Shown here: piece by piece, positions 26,706 through 35,902 of the stretch
Layout: the number at the start of each line of letters is the position of its first letter
Numbering within the stretch: the stretch's first letter is position 1
Assembly: GCA_020852275.1 (NCBI GenBank)
Contig: JADZBE010000026.1
Location: forward strand, 192,338-256,337
Length of the DNA stretch: 64,000 nucleotides
Direction of reading: 5' to 3'
DNA from: Phycisphaerales bacterium
GTDB taxonomy: Bacteria; Planctomycetota; Phycisphaerae; UBA1845
Position numbers and translations under genes: made by a program
The notes under the pieces: model-generated
The model's input: the letters and a program-made list of their open reading frames with translations, nothing else
Told to the model about the DNA's origin: nothing
The model's database searches: none

Positions 26706-28067
26706 ATGGCCAGACCGACTCATGTAGCTTTCGTTTCGCTGGGGTGCGCGAAGAATCTCGTGGACTCTGAGAAGATGCTCGGTCAGCTTGCCGAGGCCGG
26801 CTGCACGATCACGAACGACGAGGACCGCGCGGACGTGATCGTGGTGAACACGTGCGGGTTTCTGGACGCCTCCCGGGCGGAAGCGATCGGCGAGATTTCG
26901 GACGCGGTGGCGAAGAAGCGCAGCGGACGGGTAAAGCGGGTGGTGGTGGCCGGCTGCCTGGTGCAGCGCGACCAGGAGCGGCTGCACGCGGAGGTGTCGG
27001 GCATCGACGCATTGGTCGGCGTCAACAACCGCGACGACATCGTTCTGGCAGTCCTGGGCGGCGGGAAGCCGCGCCGCAAGGGCAAGCCCGATCTGTACTT
27101 GAGCGATTACCACGCGTTCACGCAGTTGGACACGGGGCGGCTGCGCCTAACGCCGCGGCACTACGCCTACCTGCGGATCAGCGAGGGCTGCGACCAGAAG
27201 TGCACGTTTTGCACGATCCCATCGATCCGCGGTCCCATGCACTCGAAACCGCCGCAGGTTGTGCTGGCCGAGGCGCGCGAGCTGGCGGCAGACGGCGCGG
27301 TGGAAATCAGCCTTATCGGTCAGGACACGACCAGCTACGGCGCGGACATCGGCGACGACGGCGGGCTGGCGGGATTGCTTCGGCATCTGAACGGCGCGGC
27401 GGGGGTGCAATGGCTGCGGCTGATGTACGTGTACCCGTCGGTGTTCACGGATGCGATGATCGACGCCATCGCGGAGTGTGACCGCGTCGTGAAGTACATT
27501 GACATCCCGCTGCAGCACATCCACGACCGCGTGCTCAAGTCGATGCACCGGCGCATCACGCGGGCGGAGACGGAAGCGTTGCTGCGGAAGCTGCGGGAGC
27601 GCATCCCCGGCGTGACGATCCGCACGACCCTGATTGCCGGCTTCCCCGGCGAGACGGAGGAGGAGTTCGGGGCGCTGGTGGACTTTATCCGCGCCTTCCG
27701 GTTCGACGCGTTGGGCGTGTTTCCTTACTCCTTGGAGCCGGAGACGCCGGCAGGGCGGATGAAGGAGCAGATTCCGGACGCGGTGAAGCAGTCGCGAGTC
27801 GAGCGGTTGATGCGCGCGCAGCAGGAGGTGGCCTTCGCCCGCGCGGACGAGTGGCTGGGGCGGCGGTTCGATGTGCTGATCGACGGGCGCGACGCGCAGG
27901 GGAGGGTCATCGCGCGGCACGCGGGGCAGGCGCCCGGCGTGGACAGCGTCACGCTCGTGGACGGCTGCGACGCGCCGGCGGGGCGATTCATCGAGGTGCG
28001 CTGCGGCGGACGCGAAGGGTATGATCTGACGGCCGTGCCCACGAGCGTGGCGCTGCCCGTGCTGTAA
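26706..28067 (+). CDS. rimO: ribosomal protein S12 methylthiotransferase RimO
   Basis: VAFVSLGCAKNLVDSEKMLGQL, VVNTCGFL, radical-SAM site EGCDQKCTFCTIP, and a C-terminal TRAM-like domain. Confidence 0.9.
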   Translation: MARPTHVAFVSLGCAKNLVDSEKMLGQLAEAGCTITNDEDRADVIVVNTCGFLDASRAEAIGEISDAVAKKRSGRVKRVVVAGCLVQRDQERLHAEVSGIDALVGVNNRDDIVLAVLGGGKPRRKGKPDLYLSDYHAFTQLDTGRLRLTPRHYAYLRISEGCDQKCTFCTIPSIRGPMHSKPPQVVLAEARELAADGAVEISLIGQDTTSYGADIGDDGGLAGLLRHLNGAAGVQWLRLMYVYPSVFTDAMIDAIAECDRVVKYIDIPLQHIHDRVLKSMHRRITRAETEALLRKLRERIPGVTIRTTLIAGFPGETEEEFGALVDFIRAFRFDALGVFPYSLEPETPAGRMKEQIPDAVKQSRVERLMRAQQEVAFARADEWLGRRFDVLIDGRDAQGRVIARHAGQAPGVDSVTLVDGCDAPAGRFIEVRCGGREGYDLTAVPTSVALPVL

Positions 28068-28143
28068 GACCCGGCGAGTGCCGGAGTGGATGGACCGGAT
28101 TGCCGCGGCGGACCTCCGGGCGGCGACCGTGGCCTGTGTTGAA

Positions 28144-28752
28144 GCGATGGCGATCAATATTCCGAACCAGCTTACGTTAGCGCGGATCGTGCTCTCGATC
28201 GCGTTTTTCGCCGTGCTGTCGCAATACTCGCAGACGGCGCCGCAGCCCGCATGGCTTTTCGTGTCGTTTGCCATCTTCGTCGTGGCCGCCCTGACGGACT
28301 TCTTCGACGGCTACCTGGCGCGCAAGCACGGGTGGGTCACGCCGCTGGGTCGCGTGCTGGATCCCTTCGCGGACAAGATGCTCATCTGCGGGGCGTTTGT
28401 GCTGCTGGCGGGGCCGGGGTTCGTCGATCGCAACCACGTCAACGTCACGGGGATCGCGCCGTGGATGGTGGTGGTCATCCTCGGGCGCGAACTGCTGGTC
28501 ACGGGGCTTCGCGGGTTCAACGAGTCGCAGGGCACGGCCTTCGCCGCGTCGATGCACGGCAAGATCAAGATGTGGGTGCAGAGCTTCGCCGCTCCGACGC
28601 TGATGATGATCGTGGCGCTGGAGGGCGGAGCAATCAGCGGCGGATGGGTGACCTGGCTGAAGCGGACGATCGTTTATCTCACGGTTGCTGTGACAGCGCT
28701 GTCAGCGATTCAGTACCTTCAGAGATCGAAACACCTGCTGCAGGGCGCCTAG
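28144..28752 (+). CDS. pgsA: CDP-diacylglycerol--glycerol-3-phosphate 3-phosphatidyltransferase
   Basis: NIPNQLTLARIVL. CDP-alcohol phosphotransferase motif DGYLARKHGWVTPLGRVLDPFADK (DG-x2-AR-x8-G-x3-D-x3-D). Start set at MAINIPNQ (28144); upstream in-frame GTG 28078 and ATG 28090 are possible. Confidence 0.85.
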   Translation, partial: AMAINIPNQLTLARIVLSIAFFAVLSQYSQTAPQPAWLFVSFAIFVVAALTDFFDGYLARKHGWVTPLGRVLDPFADKMLICGAFVLLAGPGFVDRNHVNVTGIAPWMVVVILGRELLVTGLRGFNESQGTAFAASMHGKIKMWVQSFAAPTLMMIVALEGGAISGGWVTWLKRTIVYLTVAVTALSAIQYLQRSKHLLQGA

Positions 28753-28794
28753 CAACCCTTGCTTGGCAATCCTTGGTGAAAGTCAATCTCGTCT

Positions 28795-28823
28795 GGGGCA
28801 CTGGCTTTCCAGCCAGTGATCTG
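28795..28823. repeat. hairpin repeat family R3 (stem-TTTCC-stem)
   Basis: ggggcactggctttccagccagtgatctg. Same family as the units at 55849-56013 and the variants at 36925-36965 and 15270-15295. Confidence 0.7.
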
Positions 28824-28845
28824 CCAGTGTTTGGGCAGGCGTCTG

Positions 28846-29022
28846 AGGGCAGGTGTGCCACTGCTGTGTCAGCAGTGGCGTCACCCTTGTGCAGGCAGAA
28901 ATCGAGGGCAGGTGTGCCACTGCTGTGTCAGCAGTGGCGTCACCCCTGTGCAGGCATGAATCGAGGGCAAGTGTGCCACTGCTGTGCCAGCAGTGGCGTC
29001 CCCCCTGTGCAGGCAGGGGTCC
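28846..29022 (+). repeat. 59-bp tandem repeat x3 with internal palindrome (family R4)
   Basis: The unit is gagggcaggtgtgccactgctgtgtcagcagtggcgtcacccttgtgcaggcagaaatc. Copies start at 28846, 28905 and 28964. The palindrome is gccactgctg-tgtc-agcagtggc. A single related copy lies near 61478-61500. Confidence 0.9.
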
Positions 29023-29040
29023 AGAATGCAGGGGAATACG

Positions 29041-29069
29041 TTGGATTCCCGCCTGCGCGGGACTGACGG
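29041..29069 (+). repeat. REP-like hairpin family R2
   Basis: ttggattcccgcctgcgcgggactgacgg. Confidence 0.8.
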
Positions 29070-29161
29070 AAGTCGCTTGTTGCGGCGAATTTCGGAGCGA
29101 CGAGTGGCGCGGGCGTTGACACTTCGGATCGTGGCGCGGGCTCTGACTCAAGGATGACGGC

Positions 29162-29974
29162 TTGAACGCACTGGACGCGTTGCGGGCAATCGTGCTGGGA
29201 ATCGTGGAGGGGCTGACGGAGTTCCTTCCCGTCTCCAGCACCGGGCACATGATCCTCGCCCAGCCGCTGCTGGGCATCAATCCGGACGAGCCCCGGTGGC
29301 GCATCCTGCTGATCGTCAGTCAGCTCGGCGCGATCCTCGCCGTGGTGTTCCATTTCCGGCGAGATCTCTGGGCGCGCCTGGCGCACAGGCCCGCGAGGGG
29401 CGGCGTCGCCCAGCACCTCGTCGTGAAACTCGCCCTCGGCGTCGCACCGGCCATGCTGGTCGGTTACCTCGCGCACGATGTGATTGAGGAGCGGCTGGAG
29501 AGGCCTCTGCCCGTGGCGGCGGCGCTGATCGTGGGCGCGGGCGCGATGCTGCTGATCGACCGAAGGTTCCGCAACGAAACGCCGATGACGCTGGACGACG
29601 TGACGCTCAGGCAGGCGGCGGCGATCGGCGCGATCCAATGCGTCAGCATGTGGCCCGGCGTCTCCCGCGCGGCCGCGACGATCATGGGCGGCATGGTGGT
29701 CGGGCTATCTCCGGAGGTTTCGGCCCGGTTCTCGTTCTACCTCGCCATCCCGACAATGTTCGCCGCGGGCGGATACCAGCTCTTGAAGTATCGGGCGGAC
29801 CTCACGGCGGAGACGGTCGGGCTTGTCGCCGTCGGCAGCGCGACGGCGTTCGTCGTCGCCCTCGGCGTCATCAACGTCTTCCTCCGCTTTGTTCAGCACC
29901 GGCGGTTTACCGCCTTTGCCGTGTACCGATTCGTGCTCGGGCTGGCAGTTCTCGGGATGCTGCTGTCCTCGTGA
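29162..29974 (+). CDS. uppP: undecaprenyl-diphosphate phosphatase (BacA/UppP)
   Basis: MNALDALRAIVLGIVEGLTEFLPVSSTGHMIL matches the UppP N-terminal signature. TTG start at 29162, with AAGGA 8 nt upstream. Confidence 0.9.
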   Translation: MNALDALRAIVLGIVEGLTEFLPVSSTGHMILAQPLLGINPDEPRWRILLIVSQLGAILAVVFHFRRDLWARLAHRPARGGVAQHLVVKLALGVAPAMLVGYLAHDVIEERLERPLPVAAALIVGAGAMLLIDRRFRNETPMTLDDVTLRQAAAIGAIQCVSMWPGVSRAAATIMGGMVVGLSPEVSARFSFYLAIPTMFAAGGYQLLKYRADLTAETVGLVAVGSATAFVVALGVINVFLRFVQHRRFTAFAVYRFVLGLAVLGMLLSS

Positions 29975-30093
29975 ACCGGTGTGGGCGCGGCGCCTCCCGA
30001 GCCTGAAAGCCTCCACGCACAATGCCACGCCCTGCCGCGTCCCTAGGTGGTCAACTCGCACGCCCCGCGGTCGACGAGAAACCGGACAGGGTC

Positions 30094-30122
30094 TTGATTT
30101 CGCTTGACATAACCTTCATAAT
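30094..30122 (+). promoter_or_regulatory. candidate sigma-70 type promoter, about 530 nt upstream of the first prepilin-like gene
   Basis: TTGATT-N17-CATAAT in a locally AT-rich patch. An overlapping TTGACA is also present at 30104-30109. Confidence 0.4.
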
Positions 30123-30653
30123 GACATATTGGTGCGTCTCGTCGGGCCGTCAGTTTGGCAGACTCGATGTTCGCAGCGGAATGACTCACGCGCGTGCGGG
30201 AGCAGTCACCGCTGGATCCGGGTCACCCGTCCGGGTGAGTCACAGCAGGGTGGTTTGCGAGCGACTCGTGCGGGCGTGGAGCTTGGCTTGGCGCGATGAT
30301 AAAGTTTAAGTAGTTTTTTTGCGGCTCAGGTTTACTCGCTCCCCCGATCACATCTGAGCTGACGGACGAGTGAGGTGCGACCCGAGTACGCGGTGCGGCT
30401 CGTTCGCGGGTTCCGCGGCGCGCCGCTTCCGCCGAGTCGGGGGCTGCGGTGTCTGGTTCTGTGGAAAGATCGCATCTGTTCGGGCAGATTTAAATCCAAG
30501 ATCACATCCGTTCGGGCTTCGCAGGTCCGGGCGAGCATGGCACGTGTGGGTTCGTCTTGGGGAGCGGGGCCGGTGGGCGGTTCCGCTGGCTTGGTGGGCA
30601 GGCTACAGGGCGAGTTCGGGTCAAGCCGACAAGGGTCATCAAAGGGGCTGAGC

Positions 30654-31541
30654 ATGGTTCAGAATCGTCGTGGACGGTCGGGGTTCACCCTGATCGAGCT
30701 TCTGGTCGTTATTGCCATCATCGCGTTGCTGATCAGCATTCTGCTCCCGTCGCTGCAGGCGGCGCGGAATCAGGCCAAGACGGTCAAGTGCCAGACTCAG
30801 CTTCGGGCGATGGGACAGGCGCTGGCGACGTACGTCAGTGAGAGCGGCTATTACCCCGGCGGCCACTGGCAGGGACAGCGCCTTTGGATCTACATCTGGC
30901 ACACGCGCCTGCGCGAGTTGATGCAGAACCAGATCGAGGGTTTCAACTGCCCCGCGTCCCCGGAGGAGTTCGAGTGGGTTCCGAAGTATCAGGCGAACTA
31001 CACGCCTCCGCCCCCGGACAAGGGTTGGCCCAGGTACGGTTACTTCAAGGATGAGGTCCCACACCTCGGCGGCAACGGCGTTTTCTTCTCCTATGGCTAC
31101 AATGAGGCTGGCAATTTTGAGCAATTTACCACGCCTCAGCGCGGGTTGGGCATGCACCCTGACCTTGAAAAAGATGTTCCCCTGACGAATGATGCATGGC
31201 TCCTCATCGAGCTTCAGGAAGTGCGCGTCGTGAATCCCGGCGAGATGATCGCGATCGGGGACTCCTTGGCGGACGGCAGCGACGATCACAGCCTGTATGG
31301 TCGACCGCACGTGACCGCGCAGGGGCGCTGGCCGGGAGCAAGGCATCGCAAAGGCGGGAGCATGATTTTCGCCGACGGCCATGCCGAGTGGGATCGTCGT
31401 GCGAACTGGGTCACCTCGAAGGTGTTGCTGGACAACGGCACCGATGAGGGAACGGGTAATTCGCTGTTCGCGCAGCGGAAGTGGAACAACGACAACAGGC
31501 CGCACATGCGGGCGGATCTGAGCGATTCCACTCCGAACTAG
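30654..31541 (+). CDS. prepilin-type N-terminal cleavage/methylation domain protein, DUF1559 / H-X9-DG family
   Basis: Start at ATG 30654 after [42 protein letters not shown]9-DG motif HRKGGSMIFADG. Confidence 0.85.
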   Translation: MVQNRRGRSGFTLIELLVVIAIIALLISILLPSLQAARNQAKTVKCQTQLRAMGQALATYVSESGYYPGGHWQGQRLWIYIWHTRLRELMQNQIEGFNCPASPEEFEWVPKYQANYTPPPPDKGWPRYGYFKDEVPHLGGNGVFFSYGYNEAGNFEQFTTPQRGLGMHPDLEKDVPLTNDAWLLIELQEVRVVNPGEMIAIGDSLADGSDDHSLYGRPHVTAQGRWPGARHRKGGSMIFADGHAEWDRRANWVTSKVLLDNGTDEGTGNSLFAQRKWNNDNRPHMRADLSDSTPN

Positions 31542-31645
31542 CGGGCGTCCGCCAGGGACCATGCTGAAGCAAGGGGCCGGGGCCGGCGGACAGGAACCGT
31601 CGGCTCCGTCTTGTTCTCAACGGATGGGACGGCTACAAAGCCCGC

Positions 31646-32107
31646 TTGAACCGTCCGCTGGACGGGGACGATCCGAGGCGACATCGAGGTCTGAGCAAGG
31701 TGAACAGCAATTCGATCAAGGTCATAGTACTGGTGGCGGCCGTGGCCGGCGCGGGTTTCTTCTTCTACCGCAGCCTCTCCGGACCGCCGGAATCCGGCGT
31801 GGACATGGGGCAGCCGACGTACTGGGTCTGCCGTAACGAGGCCTGCGGCAAGGATTTCGAGATATCGCTTTCAGAATTCGCAAAGTCGAAGGATGAGAGC
31901 GGACGAGTGAAATGTCCGGCTTGCGGGCAGATGAAGACGCAGCGGGCGAACAAATGCCCGAGCTGCTCGCGGAACCTGGAACTCGTAGGGCACGGGGACT
32001 TACCGGAGGTGTGCCCTCACTGCAAGGCGAACATCGGCGAAGCCTCGCTTCATGGCAAACAGCCGCCAACGACCAAGTCGAAGAGCAAGACCAAGGTGGA
32101 CGGGTAA
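31646..32107 (+). CDS. membrane-anchored multi-zinc-ribbon protein
   Basis: TM segment IKVIVLVAAVAGAGFFFY, then four CxxC pairs (CRNEAC, CPACG, CPSCS, CPHCK) and a K-rich tail. The start is uncertain: TTG 31646 or GTG near 31700. Confidence 0.6.
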   Translation: MNRPLDGDDPRRHRGLSKVNSNSIKVIVLVAAVAGAGFFFYRSLSGPPESGVDMGQPTYWVCRNEACGKDFEISLSEFAKSKDESGRVKCPACGQMKTQRANKCPSCSRNLELVGHGDLPEVCPHCKANIGEASLHGKQPPTTKSKSKTKVDG

Positions 32108-32462
32108 GCACGCGTCGACGCGCGGACGGCGGCACTCGCGAGGAACAGGGTCGAGCGTCGCGCGCAGCCCGGCAGAGGGATGACACCATTGGCTGAAGCG
32201 CCACCTTGGTCAGGAGGTGACGCGGCGAGGCACGTCATTGCAAACGGGGGGCGGCACGGACCCGCGGGAGGCGATTCCTCCGGGAAGCCCGCGTGTGAAA
32301 GCATGCGACTCATAGCCTTGCAACCGTCTGATGGATGAACATGTCCAGGATCGACTTACGCGAACATCGTCTTGCCGCACGGAACGGAGGCGTCTGCGCG
32401 GTTTCAATTCTTACCTGGGCGTCAAGAACTCCGACGCCGGCCAAATCCCTGGGAGCGAAAAC

Positions 32463-33365
32463 ATGAAACGCACGTCCGCACATCGGCGAGGATTCACGCT
32501 GATCGAACTCCTCGTAGTGATCGCCATCATCGCCCTGCTGATCAGCATCCTGCTGCCCTCGCTGCAGGCGGCGCGTGATCAAGCCAAGAAGGTCAAGTGC
32601 CAGACCCAGTTGCGTTCGATGGGGCAGGGGCTGGCGCTGTACCTGCACGAAGGCGGGTTCTATCCGGGTGGACATCACCAGCCGCCGCAACGCTACTGGA
32701 TTTATGTCTGGTATTCGCGCATCCGCGAAGGCATGAGCGAGCAGACCGAGGCGTTCAATTGTCCGTCGAACCCGCAGGAATTCGACTGGACCCCCAAGAT
32801 CGACCAGGGGTACACCGCCCCTCCGAGCTGGGATCGCGAATGGCCTCTGTATGGGTACAAGGAGCACGAGGTCGTTGGACTCAACAACGACACGTTTTTC
32901 GCCTACGGGTACAACGAATCCGGCAACCGTCAGATGTTCCCGGATGCGAACAACGAGTATAAGCGCTGCCGCGGGCTGGGCATGCACCCGGATCCTTGGC
33001 CGCTTTATTCCGCCGCCGACATGCGGTTTGCCGAAGTGCCGGAAATCTGGGTGGTCAGCCCCGCCGAAATGATCGTCATCGGGGACACCCGAACCGACGG
33101 CGTGGACGATCAGGCCTTAATGGGCAAGCCCCACCAGACGTCGCAGCAGCATTGGCCCGGCACGCAGCACCGCAAGGGCGCGAACATGTTGATGGCGGAT
33201 ACCCACGTCGAATGGCAGAAACGCCCCGATTGGGTGACGGCGAAGGTATTGATCGACAACGGGACGGAAGACGGCACGGGCAACTCCTTGTACGCACAGC
33301 GGCGCTGGAACAACGACAACCGGCCGCACATGAAGGCGGATTTGAGCGATTCGACCGAGGAGTAG
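32463..33365 (+). CDS. prepilin-type N-terminal cleavage/methylation domain protein, DUF1559-like paralogue (H-X9-DT variant)
   Basis: Start at ATG 32463. [45 protein letters not shown]. The C-terminus [33 protein letters not shown] is nearly identical to that of 30654-31541. Confidence 0.85.
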   Translation: MKRTSAHRRGFTLIELLVVIAIIALLISILLPSLQAARDQAKKVKCQTQLRSMGQGLALYLHEGGFYPGGHHQPPQRYWIYVWYSRIREGMSEQTEAFNCPSNPQEFDWTPKIDQGYTAPPSWDREWPLYGYKEHEVVGLNNDTFFAYGYNESGNRQMFPDANNEYKRCRGLGMHPDPWPLYSAADMRFAEVPEIWVVSPAEMIVIGDTRTDGVDDQALMGKPHQTSQQHWPGTQHRKGANMLMADTHVEWQKRPDWVTAKVLIDNGTEDGTGNSLYAQRRWNNDNRPHMKADLSDSTEE

Positions 33366-33651
33366 GTTCCAGGAATTGCGCAATCGGCGCGGCGCGCGCG
33401 ACGTTGAACGGTCCGCACGCGCAGTGACGGGGTCAATCTGAGGGCAGCCCGTAATCCCACGGGCTGTCCTCACGCGCTTTCAGACAATGTTGATTCCCTC
33501 GGCGGTTGACCGTAAGTCGCCCGAATCCTAAAGTGCAAACCCCATCGGCGCAGGATTCAGGTTCCGCCCGGGCCTGCCGGCCTCGCGCGGCAGCGGTTTG
33601 AGCAGCGAAAACGCAATCACCTCGCCCAGGGCGAGCGGAGGAGACGGCATC

Positions 33652-34164
33652 GTGAGCAGGACATGCACACTGAAGGGCAAGCCGCTGGAGCTTGCGGGGT
33701 CGCAGATCAAGGTGGGCGACAAGGCGCCCGAGGCGACGCTCAAGAAGTCGCTGGTGGATTCGGTTCGGATCAGCGAGACGAACGGCAAAGTGCGCATTCT
33801 CAGCGTCGTGCCATCGCTGGACACGCCGGTGTGCGCGCTGCAGACCAAGCGGTTCAACGAAGAGGCGGCTAAGCTGTCGGGGGCCGCTTTCTACACGATC
33901 AGCGTGGACCTGCCGCCGGCGCAGGCGCGGTTCTGCGGGGCGGAAGGCATCGACAAGGAGCGGCTCGTGGTCTTGTCGGACCACTTCGACTGCGCCTTCG
34001 GCAAGGCCTGGGGCACGCTGATTCCGTCGCTGCGGATCAACAGCCGGGCCGTGTTCGTCCTGGACAAGGATGGAACGGTGCGCTACGCCGAGTACGTTCC
34101 CGAAGTGGCGGAGCACCCGAACTACGATGCCGTGCTGGCGTGCGCGAAGAAACTGACGGGGTGA
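33652..34164 (+). CDS. tpx: thiol peroxidase (atypical 2-Cys peroxiredoxin Tpx)
   Basis: LSVVPSLDTPVCALQTKRFNEEA (peroxidatic Cys) and ARFCGAEGI (resolving Cys). Start set at GTG 33652, preceded by GGAGGAG, giving the usual ~170 aa. The track ORF starts at TTG 33598. Confidence 0.85.
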   Translation: MSRTCTLKGKPLELAGSQIKVGDKAPEATLKKSLVDSVRISETNGKVRILSVVPSLDTPVCALQTKRFNEEAAKLSGAAFYTISVDLPPAQARFCGAEGIDKERLVVLSDHFDCAFGKAWGTLIPSLRINSRAVFVLDKDGTVRYAEYVPEVAEHPNYDAVLACAKKLTG

Positions 34165-34169
34165 TTGGC

Positions 34170-34197
34170 GAATGCTGAATGCCGAATGCCGAATGCG
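34170..34197. repeat. 7-bp tandem repeat (GAATGCC)x4
   Basis: gaatgct gaatgcc gaatgcc gaatgcg, immediately after the tpx stop. Confidence 0.8.
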
Positions 34198-34345
34198 GAA
34201 AACCGGATCAGGAAGCCGGATTCCGAATAGAGAAGGCCCGCGTGCGAATACCGCCGAGGGCGCCGGCATGGGAGATCGGCGGTCGCGGGGCCGCGCGGCC
34301 TTTGGAATTCGCGGTTTCCATTGCCAAGGGGGCAAGCGCCTTCTC

Positions 34346-34402
34346 GCGTGGCGACACCGGCGTTTCTCGTCGGATTGCGTGGCGACACCGGCGTTTCTCG
34401 TC
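34346..34402 (+). repeat. 26-bp direct repeat x2 (period 31)
   Basis: gcgtggcgacaccggcgtttctcgtc occurs at 34346-34371 and again at 34377-34402, 50 nt upstream of the ATG at 34453. Confidence 0.85.
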
Positions 34403-34452
34403 AGACTTGTTGACTCGATTTCAGCGGATGCCTGTTTCCAGGGAGTGTAGCC

Positions 34453-35202
34453 ATGTCCTCAATGCCTCCGGTTCCGCCGGCGTTTCAGCCGCCGGCTTAT
34501 CAGGCGATGGGTTCTCAACCGCTCAGCGGCGCGGCGGTGGCGGCGCTGGTCAGCGCCTTGGTCTTTCCTTGCGTCGGCTTGCACGTCGTGGTGAGCCTCA
34601 TCTGCTCGGCCGTGGGCATTGCGGCGACCTCGGGCGGGAAGGCTCGCGGGCGCGGGCTGGCGATTGTCGCCATACCCATTGCCTTGGTGCTCGGCGCGCT
34701 GGAGGCCGGCGGGTTCTACTGGTTCGGCAAGATGACCGTGGCGGTGCTCGACCAGTCGATGGCGGCCGGGAGGCTGCTGGAAAGCCCGTCAGAGGACCTG
34801 GATGCCAGGGCGGATGCGTTCTACGACGCGCGCATGACGGATGACTTCAAGGCCACGGTGTCGAAGGATCAGTTCAAGTCCTGGGCCAAGCAGGTGGTTG
34901 AGAAGCACGGGCGTGCCACCATGGTGGATCCCAGCGGATTGCAGAACTCCGCCCCGGCGATGGGTTCGAGCCAGCCGCGTTTCACGATGAACCTCCGCGC
35001 CAAGTTCGTCAACGGCGAGGAGACGATCGCGACGGACCTTTTCGTCGCGGGGAAGAGCGTGCTGAAGGTCACTTTCTTGATTGATGATGTTGCGGTCGGC
35101 GACCTTTCGGCGCGCTCGCTGGGAACCCCCAAGGACGACAAGACCGAAGCGGGCAAGCCCGACGCAGAGAAGAGCGACGGCGGGGCTGCCGGGATTCCGT
35201 AG
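34453..35202 (+). CDS. membrane protein, unknown function (Pro-rich N-terminus, two TM helices, soluble C-domain)
   Basis: MSSMPPVPPAFQPPAYQ..., hydrophobic helices AAVAALVSALVFPCVGLHVVVSLICSAVGIA and LAIVAIPIALVLGALEAGGFYWF, with good coding bias. Confidence 0.6.
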   Translation: MSSMPPVPPAFQPPAYQAMGSQPLSGAAVAALVSALVFPCVGLHVVVSLICSAVGIAATSGGKARGRGLAIVAIPIALVLGALEAGGFYWFGKMTVAVLDQSMAAGRLLESPSEDLDARADAFYDARMTDDFKATVSKDQFKSWAKQVVEKHGRATMVDPSGLQNSAPAMGSSQPRFTMNLRAKFVNGEETIATDLFVAGKSVLKVTFLIDDVAVGDLSARSLGTPKDDKTEAGKPDAEKSDGGAAGIP

Positions 35203-35555
35203 CGGCGCGTCTGCGGGACGTGCCTGACGGGTGGAGGACCAAGCTCCAGCGGCCATCTCCCCGTCGATCATCCGTTTAGTTCCTGACAGGCTCCCACCGC
35301 CCTCGGCGTCTCCTTGCGCGAGCGGGAGTCGCCCTCGGATGCGGGGTGCGGCGATGGTGCGCGCGGAGCGGCCGGCTCCCACGGGGTAGAAGGGTGCGTC
35401 GAATGTGCGGTGCGCCGGATGACGCCGACGTTGAGGCGATTCAGGGGGAGCAAGCTCAGGCAGCTCGAGAATCTCGTCGCTTGCGCTTGGACGAGCCCTT
35501 CCCAGCTCCACGGACCAGCGCGCGGTTGGGGAGCGATTCCGCCTGGGAAGCTCAC

Positions 35556-35660
35556 GGGTCGCTCCCTGACGGTCGCGGCTCAGTCACGCGGCTCAGTCAC
35601 GCGGCTCAAGGATCGCTCCCTTACTGTCGCGGCTCGGTAACACGGCGGCTCGGTGCGGCG
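35556..35660. repeat. dispersed repeat family R5 (CGCTCCCTGACGGTCGCGGCTC), two tandem copies
   Basis: gggtcgctccctgacggtcgcggctcagtcacgcggctcagtcacgcggctcaag followed by gatcgctcccttactgtcgcggctcggtaacacggcggctcgg. A third copy lies at 60063-60089. Confidence 0.75.
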
Positions 35661-35902
35661 GGCACCGTCGAATTACCCCAAAGGACACCGGTTGAAGCGA
35701 CTTCCTGACCGCTTGAGGCGACTCCTTGACAGCTCGATACTCGTCAGACTAAATCACGGGTCCGCGCTCCAGACTCCGGTGTGCGTTGCCGCCGGCGAGA
35801 TTTCGGCGTCGCCAACGCGATCTCGGTGCCGCCGGCGCGAGCTCGGCGCGGAGCCCTGCAACTGTTGACTACCAGTGGGTTCGGTGATGAGGCTGTGACG
35901 GC

